A DNA stretch of 63,985 nt, filler included, from Dimargaris cristalligena (lineage: Eukaryota), in the NCBI GenBank assembly GCA_003614675.1. It is 5 parts of 5 records of this genome, joined end to end, with 100 filler letters (N's around TTAATTAATTAA, not from the genome) between each part and the next. Parts side by side here need not be neighbours in the genome. Positions count along the whole stretch, not along the records: positions 26,389 to 39,426 come from ML003006.1; positions 39,527 to 52,558 come from ML003007.1; 3 more parts are not named here. One strand, 5' to 3'. The position numbers and the translations under genes are program-made. Shown piece by piece: positions 39,201 through 49,763 of the stretch. Position 1 is the first letter of the stretch. Each line of letters starts with the position of its first letter. The notes below the pieces were generated by a model. It had not been told where the DNA came from. It did not search any database and saw only the letters and a program-made list of their open reading frames with translations.

Positions 39201-39424
39201 CGAACTACGTGATCCAGACGGCATTGGATTTTTCGGATCAGGAGCAGCGTACCCAGCTGATTGAAGCTATTCGGCCGATTTTGCCTGCTATCCGTAACAC
39301 GCCCTATGGTAAGCGTATTCAGAGCAAGATCCAGCGGGACCCCCAGGCCGCTGCCCTTTTATCGGAGTCGAACAGTGCTGTACATAGTCGAGCCAATTCA
39401 CCCATCCTTAGTCCCCATCGTTAG
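36275..39424 (+). CDS. Pumilio/PUF RNA-binding protein (Puf4-type) with a CCCH zinc finger and poly-His tract
   Basis: Eight PUF repeats: DQHGCRFLQK, DPFGNYLCQK, NMHGTRAVQK, DLNGNHVIQK, HRHGCCVFQR, DPFGNYVVQY, QKFSSNVIEK, DSFANYVIQT. CCCH finger CRLYQSGFCPNGDQCPFPH; His13 at 38225-38263. Confidence 0.95.
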   Translation: MPILNALEPSSPRFNHHVSAHHSINGDNTRRRLSGGSVLEHSGLFATSRPDSQKSSNAKGGPLANLTLLDLSQKGRSGLSAGFFDTRPTPNSHSPPDSSSILDGFPSHITGLDSSSGMFPRNRGESLLRSASAFQPTPISPPYPLTDNPLGGPGINGNGHVVNLPPFQSQPTSPNALSSGLNPTFMSIVRSVPSSRRNSNEFPNLLQGLESMNLNENVSLGGRNPPAALNLDDNSLNRYGESPQLPAGIAETLFEDEADLDLVIGGSSSGGSKSAHTTSGGPMRSLLRSHTDLDGFAMMRSDSFPNLMTASSAVDPGVWHPNAGKTSGNADTMRDDSHTMGGPGSRRRLPSHSRVEHFFQINQRTSSGGGLLAGALASESHGAPAVSQLAKVGGNGPSGGYHSTNLSRTQSQFMGDVEPSPRFDNPRPALPRNISMPLLDQYPFTPNGNGVGAHRLAAHRHHPDNLPALLDTGAMRPGYNPGPLTPGLDVLTPTGVCRLYQSGFCPNGDQCPFPHIGPILGHQAPPLGMNHFSARGPLSPTTPNGTSSGFLSPASTAALGHPSGSKYDPHHLSGHPHHPHHPRAANSYAVNGAHPGFPNNPPVAHPALIHNSNLGTSVLPGNHHGHPLTHSNYPHLPGQLPSTGTNGHGKHHHHHHHHHHHHHPNQHHNRAPGHAHTGPGLHPLKANSKRAAGDQDGSRYNGASLETFVGDMYSLCKDQHGCRFLQKQLEESPEKNVPVIFKEVFPHFVELMTDPFGNYLCQKLVEYCNDEQRTQIVDIVASELINISLNMHGTRAVQKMIEFLSNKAQIRAAIIALKASVVPLIKDLNGNHVIQKCLNRLTSEENQFIYDAVSANCNEVATHRHGCCVFQRCIDHASEPQKHQLVREVTANALMLVQDPFGNYVVQYVLDLNRPDFADPLIRQFTRDVCALSMQKFSSNVIEKCIRAAEASTRRLLVADLLTNPHLEDLLKDSFANYVIQTALDFSDQEQRTQLIEAIRPILPAIRNTPYGKRIQSKIQRDPQAAALLSESNSAVHSRANSPILSPHR

Positions 39425-39426
39425 TA

Positions 39427-39526
39427 NNNNNNNNNNNNNNNNNNNNNNNNNNNNNNNNNNNNNNNNNNNNTTAATTAATTAANNNNNNNNNNNNNNNNNN
39501 NNNNNNNNNNNNNNNNNNNNNNNNNN
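39427..39526. other. Artificial contig-joining linker
   Basis: N44-TTAATTAATTAA-N44. Confidence 0.97.
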
Positions 39527-40520
39527 GTGAAGCGAAAGTGCAAGGTTGATAATCAACTTTGTTTTCTACGGGGCGGTGGTGTGCGTTATATACAAAATGT
39601 CCGAGACTTGGTAGTCAGGGCTAAAACGGCCATAAAATTTAGCAAGTAATGTAAGGCATCTAAAGTTAAAGTATCAATTGATTCTATCAGTGCCATTTAA
39701 AAATTCAGACATCGGTGGACTGCCCTTGGCTAGCTCCATCATGCTAATAGGTACACTGAATTGGATGGGGTGTTGGCATTGTTGTCATCTGGTGGCTGGT
39801 CACACCACCTCTCAGAAAATTATAAAATCTTGACTTTCAAATGGGCACATTCAGTCAGGGTACATTGGTGCCTGATAAATTACCAGGATTTAATCAGTTT
39901 AAGAAAAGTTTCAACCAGATTCGGACTATTTCAATAATATACACTCTTCTTGCCGTAATTTATCAATGGGTATGTGGCCTGGATGACATGTGTAGGCAAT
40001 CCGTCATATAAACACGTCAGTTTGTTGGAAAAATACAACGTAGAACTACCCGGAAGTGTGGTGTGTAGGACGACGCGTATTTTCTGATCATCAGCCGTTT
40101 ATACTGCGATTGATAAAGTTGGTCATGTATACATCAAGTTTTAAAAATCCTCTAATTTTTGATTGAAAAGGGTGGCCGGGGAAGACGTAATACTAAAGTG
40201 GTGTATTCTTAAGCGACTGGTCTAATAAGCCAACAAAGAAACCATGGCGAAACAGAGAATTCATGATACATGGCGGATATAAACAGGACAAAGTCTATCT
40301 ACTTCTATGCCAATTCACTGGCTGTTTCGTCTGTCTTGGAGTTGCCAAGCTAGACCCATTATTTTGAACACAAGATCACATTAGTCCTTTAAATAATTAC
40401 ACGAAGTGTGGGCGCAATTCATCCCAACTGTATTGGATTTTGAATAAAATAAAAACTGTAAAGTAAGTGAGAATACAATTTCTGGTGAGTGAAATCGGTC
40501 GCATAAAACCAACTTTCAGT

Positions 40521-40661
40521 ATATGGGAGAGGGTCAACTGGACTGTCTAACAAAATATCCGTTAGACGAAGCAAATATTACCGTTTATAATAAAACTCCC
40601 GTCAGCTATTCCATACACGTCAATTTAAACCCTATACAGCGGGCGCGAGATTCACACATAT
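40521..40661 (-). mobile_element. MITE family A, copy 5 (reverse, diverged)
   Basis: ATATGGGAGAGGGTCAACTGGACTGTCTAA...CTATACAGCGGGCGCGAGATTCACACATAT. Confidence 0.8.
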
Positions 40662-40828
40662 GGTGTTGGAATATAAGTACTAAGCAATACACCTGTAAAT
40701 AAAAAAAAAAGAAAGTAGCTGGAGGGTGGTAGGTACTACCGCGCGGTTAGTTTTATTGAACAGTAGTATTGGTAGGGTGTATTTTTAGCAATTAAAATGT
40801 GAGGAAATAATGTACCTTTAGGGCCGGA

Positions 40829-41104
40829 TCACTCCACCTTCGGCGTACTAGCCTCAGAAGGCTGCGAAATAGCCTCGAAGTCCTCCTCAGGCTGATTCCG
40901 TGCCGTAGTAGAGTGTCCGACTTTGGCAGGCTTAGGAATGTTCCAGGACACAGACTGGCTGGTTTCGGGGTTGCTGGAACTTATGGTGGAGGCTGGGTAG
41001 AAACGTAATTAACACGGAATTGCGATTACCGAAATGCTTTGAAATATTAATGAAAATAATAATAGTAATGGAATGTAAACTTCAATGAGGTTGGTGAACT
41101 TATG
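40829..41104 (-). pseudogene. Decayed small secreted protein gene (start ATG lost, one premature stop)
   Basis: One frame reads KFTNLIEVYIPLLLLFSLIFQSISVIAIPC*LRFYPASTISSSNPETSQ...STPKVE*; context ACC-AT-AAG-TTC looks like ATG AAG TTC missing one G. Confidence 0.5.
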
Positions 41105-42486
41105 GTTTCCTTCACAGGATTCCAATGTCTTTTATATGCGAATTCGATCCTGTAGAAATACCAATTGTGGTGCAGAGATATATACAAAAGACTTGAAAGT
41201 AAGCTATGATAAGGGTTTTTGTTGGCAAAATAGCTACGACCAACTAATTGCAGGTTGTTAATTGCAACAATGATAAAATAACTATCGTCTCAATAGACGC
41301 TGGCGGGATAGAAGCAGACCAGACATAGGACTGATGAATAAACTATGGGCAGGATGTAATGTCAACCGCTGACAATCAACCATGGTTTGCTGGATCGCAC
41401 TGCGCCTACATATGTCATCCTATAATGCCCCTTGGAGTCGACTGCCTACATTCCGACAGCATTTGTCCTTACCATATTCTGCTCACTCCTTTTTAGCACC
41501 GTGTGCGAAAGCGATTTTATATCAACATACTTATTCCCCTGTATTGTAAACAAACTCACCGTTGGTGGACATGTCATGTTTATTAATGGCTATTCAAGAA
41601 ACTCTCTTGTACAGCACCTGAATCCTTCGCCATTATAGCGCAAACCATTTGAGCATTGCTTATAACTGCCACTCACCCCTAATTTCAATTGCATAACGGC
41701 ATCACATGCCATCACACTCGAATGTGATAATAGATATAATGATTTGCTTAAAGGACTGTGGGTTTATTCAAAGTAGGACCAGTCCGTGACGAAATCGAGA
41801 TTAAGACATATCATTAAAATGACGAGGTAAAGTGTGTGTGGGAGTGCGAGAGAGAGATAAATCATAAAACTACACATGAATTGGAAATGGGGCGGGTGAT
41901 GCGAATAGGGGGCAGCAATGATGGAGTAGGCGGTTGGAATGGGTGTTTGGCCAGTATTTAAGTGTTTGTAATAGGATGGATAAAAAATTAAAAGAGGACA
42001 GCCTAATTGGCGCTAATATACTAGATAACTATGGTGAAGGCGGGGCAGAAAGTAACCAATTTCTGAACCAGACAAATACACTAAGCTAAAATACTAAAAT
42101 AATTTGAGAAAAAAGCGGTATTAACCTATTAAAAAATAAAATGTAAAAAAATAGATGGTGGTAATAACAAATAGTAATCAAATGCAGTTGGAGTGAATAA
42201 CAATAAAATGAGGGGATACTTGGCGGCTGAGTCAGCCAACTAAGCCACACGTCACCTAATGTAGGGTTAGGGAATGGCAGATATCCGGTAAAGCCGGCTT
42301 CCAAAGTTGTCATTAAGAAGCCGGTATTTTACTGGAAAGCCCCTGTTGGAGAGTAAGGTATAAGCATGTAAAGGGTGAGAGCAGAATATTAATAATAATA
42401 AAAACAAGCTTAAAAATAATAATAGTAATTGGGGTGCGGAATAGGGGGACCCTTCCCCCTCCCCGTCCTCACCCGCCTCCCCTGAA

Positions 42487-45400
42487 TTAAGTCTGGTTAG
42501 CGTTCACCGGCGTTTCACCAGAGATCCGGTGATCGTTCGAAATACTCCGCATGACGGGCCACGGTTCGTAGTCACGGATATTTTGGACCATCTGCGTCCA
42601 CCGGCGATTAGAGCGCTGAAGTTGAGTCGGAAGCTCGTCCCCCACCGCCATGTCCATTGGGGTCGGAGTGGGGGTTCGCGAACGCATACGACTGCGTGTT
42701 TGGGAGGGGGGTCGATTGGGCGAGGGAGAACGGCTTCGTCGCGATTTAGTCAGGGTGGGGTGGGAACGCCGGGGTTTGGTACGGTGCGACAGGTAAATCA
42801 GGGGTAGATCGTCATCCATTTCGTTGACGGTGGGTGGCTGGGGAGCCACCATGGCTCCCCCATTGCGCCCCGTGCGTGAGGGTAGGCGGACCGTAGCCGC
42901 AGATGGAGCGGAATGAGGCCATAGTCGAGTGGCGGCTGACAGCACGGGGGAGTGCTGGGGTTGCAGCTGGAGTTGGGACTGGGGTTGGTAGACAGGCGGC
43001 AGCGGGGCCAAGTATAATAATGGTTCATTATCGGTGTAATCGTCGTCACTGGGGTCAGCTTGGGATACTGACGAAAGGGATGACGAGTCGGGGAAATGCG
43101 CCCGGCCGGGCGGATGACTTCCCGCCGCTGCCTGTCGCCTGGCCATGGGGTGTGCGAATCGGGCCGGCCAACTCCGCTCGACTGGCGTGGTCTCTTCGGT
43201 AAGAACCGGGATTTTAGCCAAATGCCGGGCCAAGCTCCCGCTCTGCGACGTATTGGCCATACTAGACGCGGGCCGAGGACTGAACCCCCAAACCGTCGGC
43301 AAAAACACCGGGGCCGGCGCCAGCGGAATAAGACGGTCGGCCGAAGCCGGCGGGGTCACAATAGTCGTTCCACGGGGTCCGCAGAGTTGGTGCAGGGGAA
43401 CAGAGTCGGAGCCGGTGTCTGATTCAAAACCCGGGCGGAGTTCGGGTTCGGGGGAGATATCGCTACTATCAGCGAGGTAAGCATTGGGTTGAATGGATAG
43501 TACTTGAGAGGGAGGCAACATGGTATCGGGGATTATGGCTGATTCCCCGATTTCAGCGCCTGGTTGGCTGATCTTAGAGGCGGTGACGGGGGACGGTACA
43601 GATGCCGGGGATGACGCAGAGGTCAAGGACGGAGAAGATACGGTCGTTTCGCTTGTGGACCCTGTGGACGGCAACTGGGTGGATATTATTTCGTGGGCGG
43701 GGACCACTCGCGCCGGGAAGGGCCCCAGTGACTCCCTTTGATCGGCGGCGGGGCGAAGCGCAGAAATGCAGCTGTTGTCGTTGTGGTCGCTGTTGTAGTC
43801 ATCGTCGTCCCTCCCACTATCCCCCTCTCCATCCGCGGGACTGAATAGGCGGGGCATGGTCTGAATGATAGGCACATCATCATTACTGGACAGGGACCCG
43901 GAACTGTGCTGCATGTGGTGGGCGATTTCCGGGAGGACAGACCGGGTGGCAGGCAGGTGGGCCAGGGGCGAAACGTGAATTTGCCGGGACGCACTGAGCA
44001 CCCAAGAGGCCGTACTGAGGGGATCCTGCAGATCGTCCGAGTAGTGTTCATGCAGCCAGGAGAAGTTGCTGGGACTGGGGTTATTCATGGGGTTCATGTC
44101 GTCGGGCTCATTAGTATCATAATGCGGTAGGTAGGCGTGGTCGGGGATCGTAGCGGTGGCTGAAACGGGAGTTAGGGCGGCCCCCGTTGCGGCGCCACCC
44201 AAGGGGGGATAGGAGGGATACATACCGACGTCGCCATCCCTAGTTTCGGGCACGCCGGTACCGTATAGAAGGTCGTTGTCGTTGTCGTGGGTCAAGTTAG
44301 AGGCCGATTGTTCAATTATAGGCCGTCCCGGGGCTAGCCTAGCCAAGGGGGAGTGATGCTGGCGGCTGTGGTTTTCACCACCTATATGAGAAGATGGGTG
44401 TCGGTCAGCTTCTTCAGGCCGACGCCGGTGGCGAGGGAAGTCACCGGGCTGACAGTTTTCGGACGATGCCACATGGATAGTACGTCGTCGATAGCGTTTG
44501 GCTTGCCGGACAGTATCGGTACCGGGTTGTTCCGGACCACCCGTTCGGGCGGAATCTGTCCGGGAACGGATGGATCCGATGCTCCGGTGGAGATTCCGAG
44601 GAACTCCCGTGGCCGAGGGAAGTGCACCACTGGCGAGAGGTGAAGCCGGGGTTAGGATATGGGTACGGGAATACCGCTCGTCAAGGGTATCTCGACGCCG
44701 GGGCAGACGGGACCGTGTCGTATCCAGGGCGGCGGGGGTATCCTCCAGGGTGGGTTGCCGGGGTACTGAATTGGTAGCGGAAGCGGGGTTGGGGGAGGGG
44801 TCGGCAGAGGAGTGGGATTCGCGAAGGTTGGTGTTGATTCGCAAATGGGAGGGGCGTTTGGCCGGGGGTTGGTGGCGCCGGGGAATAATGGATCCTACGG
44901 TCGAGGTGGGCACTGGTAATGGTGCGGCTGCAGGTAGGGACGGAGTAGACTCGCTGGCGAATGAAATGGAATTTGCCTGACGGCTCCGCTGGGAGGAGCC
45001 GCTAACTCGGCTATGCAGAGAGGCGGGTGCGGGTATGACCTGGGGGTTGGTGGAAGTAGTAACAGCGACTGATGACGACGATTCGACCGTAGCGGCCCCT
45101 ATGGTAAAGGAGGGAATGTGTTCCGTTAATGTAACTAGGGGCGTCCGGGGGAACCCCAGCTTCTCGCCTCGGCGGTTGTGGCGGTTCAACGAGGAATTGG
45201 AGCGCAGACGCCGGGCCAGGGTTGACACCGAATCGGGGGAGGTCATATGAAGGGTGGAAGGATCCGCCGGCGGATCCTGGATTAGAGTTTGGCTTTGGGT
45301 TGGCGCGAGAATGGAGGAGGAACGCCGGCGAATCTGTGAACTTCGGGCGGAGTGGGACCGGGTCAGGGAACTCATTTGACTGGTAGGGGTGTGCGAACGG

Positions 45401-46206
45401 GGCCGGCTTTGCGACAGGGCGCGGTCCAGGAGTCGAGTTTCGCGGGTGCGAATAAGGGGTTCGGGGCGACTCGGTTTAGTGGAAGCCGAGCGAGTGAGTA
45501 TAGACGTGCCGGGTAGGGTGGCAGTGGTAGTGGCAAGGGGCGTGGAGGTTGGGGCAGCGGTGGGAGCAGGCGTGGAGTGAGGGGCTTCCAACCTCGAAAG
45601 TCGGCGAGGAGCGGTGTTTGAGCCGCCGGGACCGTAATAGTCGGAATGCTTGGAACGCGAAAAAGCGCCAGGGCTGTGGGTTCCGTAGCCGGGAGGGGGG
45701 CCTTCGGATTCCAGCACCACCACGCATGACGACAGGGGAATGAGGTCGGCGTCCTGCTCGATAAAGCCGGTGCCCAGGTCAGCCACCGTATGGACCTGTG
45801 GGAAGAGGGGGGCGCTTTGCCGGTATATTCTCTTGAGGTCAGTTTTGGGATCTCCCTTCAAGGGCGCTTGGCTAACGGTGCTGGCCGGGCCGGGTGGGGC
45901 CGTAAAGGGCGAAGGAATAAGGCTACTGAAGCGCCGGGGGTTAGCGCCAGCGGGGGCTAGACCCGCCCCTTTGCGATAGCTTCCTTCGTCGGCAAATGGG
46001 GTGGAACCTGGACCGCGTTTGGACCGCAAACGAGGGGGAAGCCATGCTAACCAGGGCTTTTTATCCGTGAAGGGGGCTTTGGGCGATGGTAAATGGGAGG
46101 CTGAGGCAGACTGAGGAGGAGGGGAAGGGGGAATGGAAACGGGGACTTTGGAGTCGGCGGAGCGACCCTTGTTCTTGCCGAAAGCTATGCGAAGCTTGGC
46201 GAACAT
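42487..46206 (-). CDS. Large intrinsically disordered S/P/R-rich hypothetical protein (1239 aa)
   Basis: Uninterrupted 3.7-kb GC-rich ORF between AT-rich flanks; no recognisable folded domain. Confidence 0.85.
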   Translation of the reverse strand: MFAKLRIAFGKNKGRSADSKVPVSIPPSPPPQSASASHLPSPKAPFTDKKPWLAWLPPRLRSKRGPGSTPFADEGSYRKGAGLAPAGANPRRFSSLIPSPFTAPPGPASTVSQAPLKGDPKTDLKRIYRQSAPLFPQVHTVADLGTGFIEQDADLIPLSSCVVVLESEGPPPGYGTHSPGAFSRSKHSDYYGPGGSNTAPRRLSRLEAPHSTPAPTAAPTSTPLATTTATLPGTSILTRSASTKPSRPEPLIRTRETRLLDRALSQSRPRSHTPTSQMSSLTRSHSARSSQIRRRSSSILAPTQSQTLIQDPPADPSTLHMTSPDSVSTLARRLRSNSSLNRHNRRGEKLGFPRTPLVTLTEHIPSFTIGAATVESSSSVAVTTSTNPQVIPAPASLHSRVSGSSQRSRQANSISFASESTPSLPAAAPLPVPTSTVGSIIPRRHQPPAKRPSHLRINTNLRESHSSADPSPNPASATNSVPRQPTLEDTPAALDTTRSRLPRRRDTLDERYSRTHILTPASPLASGALPSATGVPRNLHRSIGSIRSRTDSARTGGPEQPGTDTVRQAKRYRRRTIHVASSENCQPGDFPRHRRRPEEADRHPSSHIGGENHSRQHHSPLARLAPGRPIIEQSASNLTHDNDNDLLYGTGVPETRDGDVGMYPSYPPLGGAATGAALTPVSATATIPDHAYLPHYDTNEPDDMNPMNNPSPSNFSWLHEHYSDDLQDPLSTASWVLSASRQIHVSPLAHLPATRSVLPEIAHHMQHSSGSLSSNDDVPIIQTMPRLFSPADGEGDSGRDDDDYNSDHNDNSCISALRPAADQRESLGPFPARVVPAHEIISTQLPSTGSTSETTVSSPSLTSASSPASVPSPVTASKISQPGAEIGESAIIPDTMLPPSQVLSIQPNAYLADSSDISPEPELRPGFESDTGSDSVPLHQLCGPRGTTIVTPPASADRLIPLAPAPVFLPTVWGFSPRPASSMANTSQSGSLARHLAKIPVLTEETTPVERSWPARFAHPMARRQAAAGSHPPGRAHFPDSSSLSSVSQADPSDDDYTDNEPLLYLAPLPPVYQPQSQLQLQPQHSPVLSAATRLWPHSAPSAATVRLPSRTGRNGGAMVAPQPPTVNEMDDDLPLIYLSHRTKPRRSHPTLTKSRRSRSPSPNRPPSQTRSRMRSRTPTPTPMDMAVGDELPTQLQRSNRRWTQMVQNIRDYEPWPVMRSISNDHRISGETPVNANQT

Positions 46207-49200
46207 AGTCGGGGAGATACAACAACCGAGAAAAACTAAAGGGTTTTTTATATATAAATGTTAAACCAATAATGCGAATAGAAAAGAATAATAATATTAA
46301 AAGAAACAAGACGGAGATAACCAAGAGGGAATATAAGAGGCGGAGTTTACCACGAACCTTACTCAGATAGACCCTTTAAAATGGAAGAGTTGTTTAATGA
46401 AAATACGCAAATTGTCAAGAGCAGTTCAGGCAGGCGATTGGACCAGGAATATCCCACTCATCGGTAGCCACCCAGTACAATAAATTGGGTTGACTGCAGC
46501 GGCGGGGGGCGATCGGCAGTGAGAGCAGTCCAACGAGAATAGCCCAGTGTAGGCCAAACGAACGAACGAATGTGACAACTATTATAATAGACAGACCGAG
46601 AGAGAGGGGCGGCGGGGCCGGGCCGTTAAGCAGCTTATAAGCAACGCTGGATAGAAGAGCGTCAGAGGGCCCGGGACCACGGGCAGTAAAAGCGCCAAAT
46701 TAAAACGGGGCCGCGTTAATGTTGTGCCTACGGAGTGGACAAGGCTAAGCAAGAGACTGAGGCAATGGGACCTGATAAATCATTGGGCATTCTATAGCTG
46801 GCTGAATACGAGGGCAGCGACCAAAAGAGCTCACCGATTGTAGGCCATAAGGGGGGAGGGCCAGCTGCAGGATGAGGCCCAACGGCATGCAGTGCAGCCG
46901 GTGAATAGTAGCAGGCGTGACAAGGCCAGCGCACAATGAACGCGACTCCACTACAGTGTGTTATAGGGGGGAAGGGTATTGAACTATGTACCACGTACCG
47001 AAATGAAAAAATAAATCTATCTGAATACAGAGTGAGAACGAGAGAGGGAGAAGGATAAGGAGGGGCACACAGCTGTGGGAGTGGAGAGGACGAAGACTAG
47101 GGGGAATGGGTATTATAATGGTAATCGGGTACCCCCTTTTTTCTTTAAAAAAGGGCTAGGGCCGCGGCAGTGCGTCCGCCAAAGGACAGTAGCGATTTTG
47201 AAGAGATGAGCACAGCAAAGTGTGTAGATACGAATAAACTAATACGGGAATTGCTTATAATGTGCGAATGGGGGAAGCTTTGAGAGGAGAAGCGATGGGC
47301 CTAAGGTTTCACCCTGATTTAATGAGTTGGGCGACGGGGATGACCCGTTGGAACGAACCACCACCCCCCTTTTGAAACAGCCCCCAGCGACAGCCGTCTG
47401 GAGAATAAGGGGACGCACCTTCTGTGTCCGCTACTACGGCGATTGCCCTGCTGCTCTTAAACCCATGGCAGAGTAGGGTTGGGTATCGATGGGAGAAAGC
47501 GGCGTTGTAACGGGCGAGCGACCAAGGAAGGACACACCTGACCTCAGCCCAATAAGTAATGATCGACCGACTGCCACCAACAATAAACTCTATTTTAAGC
47601 CGGCCCATTCGTTGTTGATATTGGCAGTATTGTCTTCATGGTGATACAGCTGCACCCGCTAGCACTATCAACGACGCCCCGAGTGGCTTAGCAGGCCGAA
47701 CAAAGTCGCTAGCCGCGGCGAGGGACTATCACTGATATTCTAAGGGGGCGTATGTTCCAGTTGCATGCCGAAAGCCAGGGCGGCCCAGCCATAGATGAGA
47801 TGCCACTTATCCACCCATTTGCCGCTAGACCACGGTACTTGTTGTCCCAAACCCCCGTCGCACTCGAGGCCCTGTGCTACGGCTGGGGTTGGTTGACTCT
47901 GCGCCCATGCTTGGAACTGCTGCAAGTGGTCAACAGGAATAGTGCCAAATTCGAATCCTCATGCACACATCTACGACTGGTTTAAAACCCAACTATACAG
48001 AATTTGGGCATATTGTGGACCCCCGCGAAGTCTCGACCGGGTGGGTTTATTATAGGAACCGTTCATTCTCTAGCGTCCTTCCCCCGCTGAAGTACGTGCA
48101 GTGCTACATTCGCAGCAGGGTCCGGTAGTATCCATGCCAATTCCCCACATGCACATCCATCGGCACGCCAGCCATTCTTATAGCAAGGAGCCCCCTCTTG
48201 CGGAGTATTCAGTTCACAGTCTCCCATCAAGTAGCTGGTGAGGTGGTTCGCACAGTATGGAGGAGAAGGCAAGGAGAGGGGGTAGCTAATATACCTGCCA
48301 ATGGCCTTGTGATTTAGGTATAATTATAGTAATATCACATTCAAGTGCCATGGCAGATACAACTATTACTAGCCTTGTAAGAATAAGCGCGAATTAGTAG
48401 GGCGTGAACGGGAAAACAACCCCATACCTTCGTTTTCTCTATCCACTGTAATAGACCCCCTCTTGACGAAAGGCATCGGTCCCCTGGCTCATTTACGGTT
48501 GAATCAAAGCCTCCTGGCATGCTCTGTTCCACATCACATTAGAAAAATAATAATGTCTGAGTGCGCTATTTGGATATCAGTATTTTACACTCCGAATAGA
48601 GTCAGCGGGCTGATCGAATGTGGGAGAGAGAGAACAGGAAAGAGGTAATAAGGCGGAGGCAACCACCCCAGCGATAGTCGCTGAAACCCACCCCATCCCC
48701 ATACACTCGTGACTATGTTTCAGCGGAAATAGAGAAGTTCACGGAAGTAATACCTTAATGTGATACCACAACTGGTTGTGGGAAGTGGTTGGGTAAACAG
48801 AGCCAGTGGAATCCATCTTCTAACCAATTTCCCGCAGTGGCAATAGGCGTAATATACGCTAAAGCGGACACTAAATCCCACGACTAGGGAGGGGGAGTTC
48901 ACCGCCATGTCAGCTTCCAATATAAATGAACCCAACTATAAAACACCTCGATAGAATAGATAATCCCTTCAACGATGAGGTGTCGCTATTTCCAATGCAG
49001 CGTGGGTGGAAGCTGCTCCCCGATGTCCAACACGAATAGCCTGTATAGCCAATTCCGTTTCCAATGCCCACATTTATGTATATGTATCCCAATCGATCAT
49101 ATATGCTCAGGTGAAGCAGTAAGTAGTAGGATAAGAATAAACTGGGGGACTAGGTTCTCCTACTTGATATCCAGTCCGTTCACATAATCACTTTGATAGA

Positions 49201-49620
49201 TGTCCATTATTTGGAAAGGGATGTCGTCTGCAAATAATTGCCAAACCCTGTGAGTATTATATCCGTTGGACAGCTAATCGGAATACGTCTACTCATCTCC
49301 ATCTTCACCCATTTGCCTCCACAATCCAGAGATACGACACCTCAAATCCGAAAGACCACCCAAACCGTTTGGTGTTTAGGATCAGCACTATCTGCGTAAT
49401 TTATCAAATTCCACAAATGAATTAGTTAAATGAATCCTGCTGTTTTTGTCGCAGTATCCAACGTTTGTCTTTCCACCGCGAATTCGGCTTATATGAACCG
49501 TTGCTGTGGTTTGCATCATTTTTTTTGTCACTACACAATCCTTTGATCCTTTAATGATTAATTATTGCAGATGCCAACTATATCATTACATTTACTCACA
49601 CTTATGCCTATTTTCTGAGC

Positions 49621-49763
49621 ATCTCAGAGAATTTCGTCCATGCTGTATAACGAAAAATCCGTTGGGTGGGGCAAACATTACTGGTTGAAATTAAATCTCC
49701 CGCCTATTATCCCATACACATATTCTGTAAATCTTATACAGCTGTACCAAATTTCACCCATCT
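49621..49763 (-). mobile_element. MITE family A, copy 6 (reverse; ATCT direct repeats)
   Basis: ATCT-CAGAGAATTTCGTCCATGCTGTATAACGAAAAATCC...TTATACAGCTGTACCAAATTTCACCC-ATCT. Confidence 0.8.

Noticed and set aside
47930-47965. TTCGAATCC T-loop-like motif suggesting a tRNA
   Set aside because: No acceptor, D or anticodon stems can be formed around it
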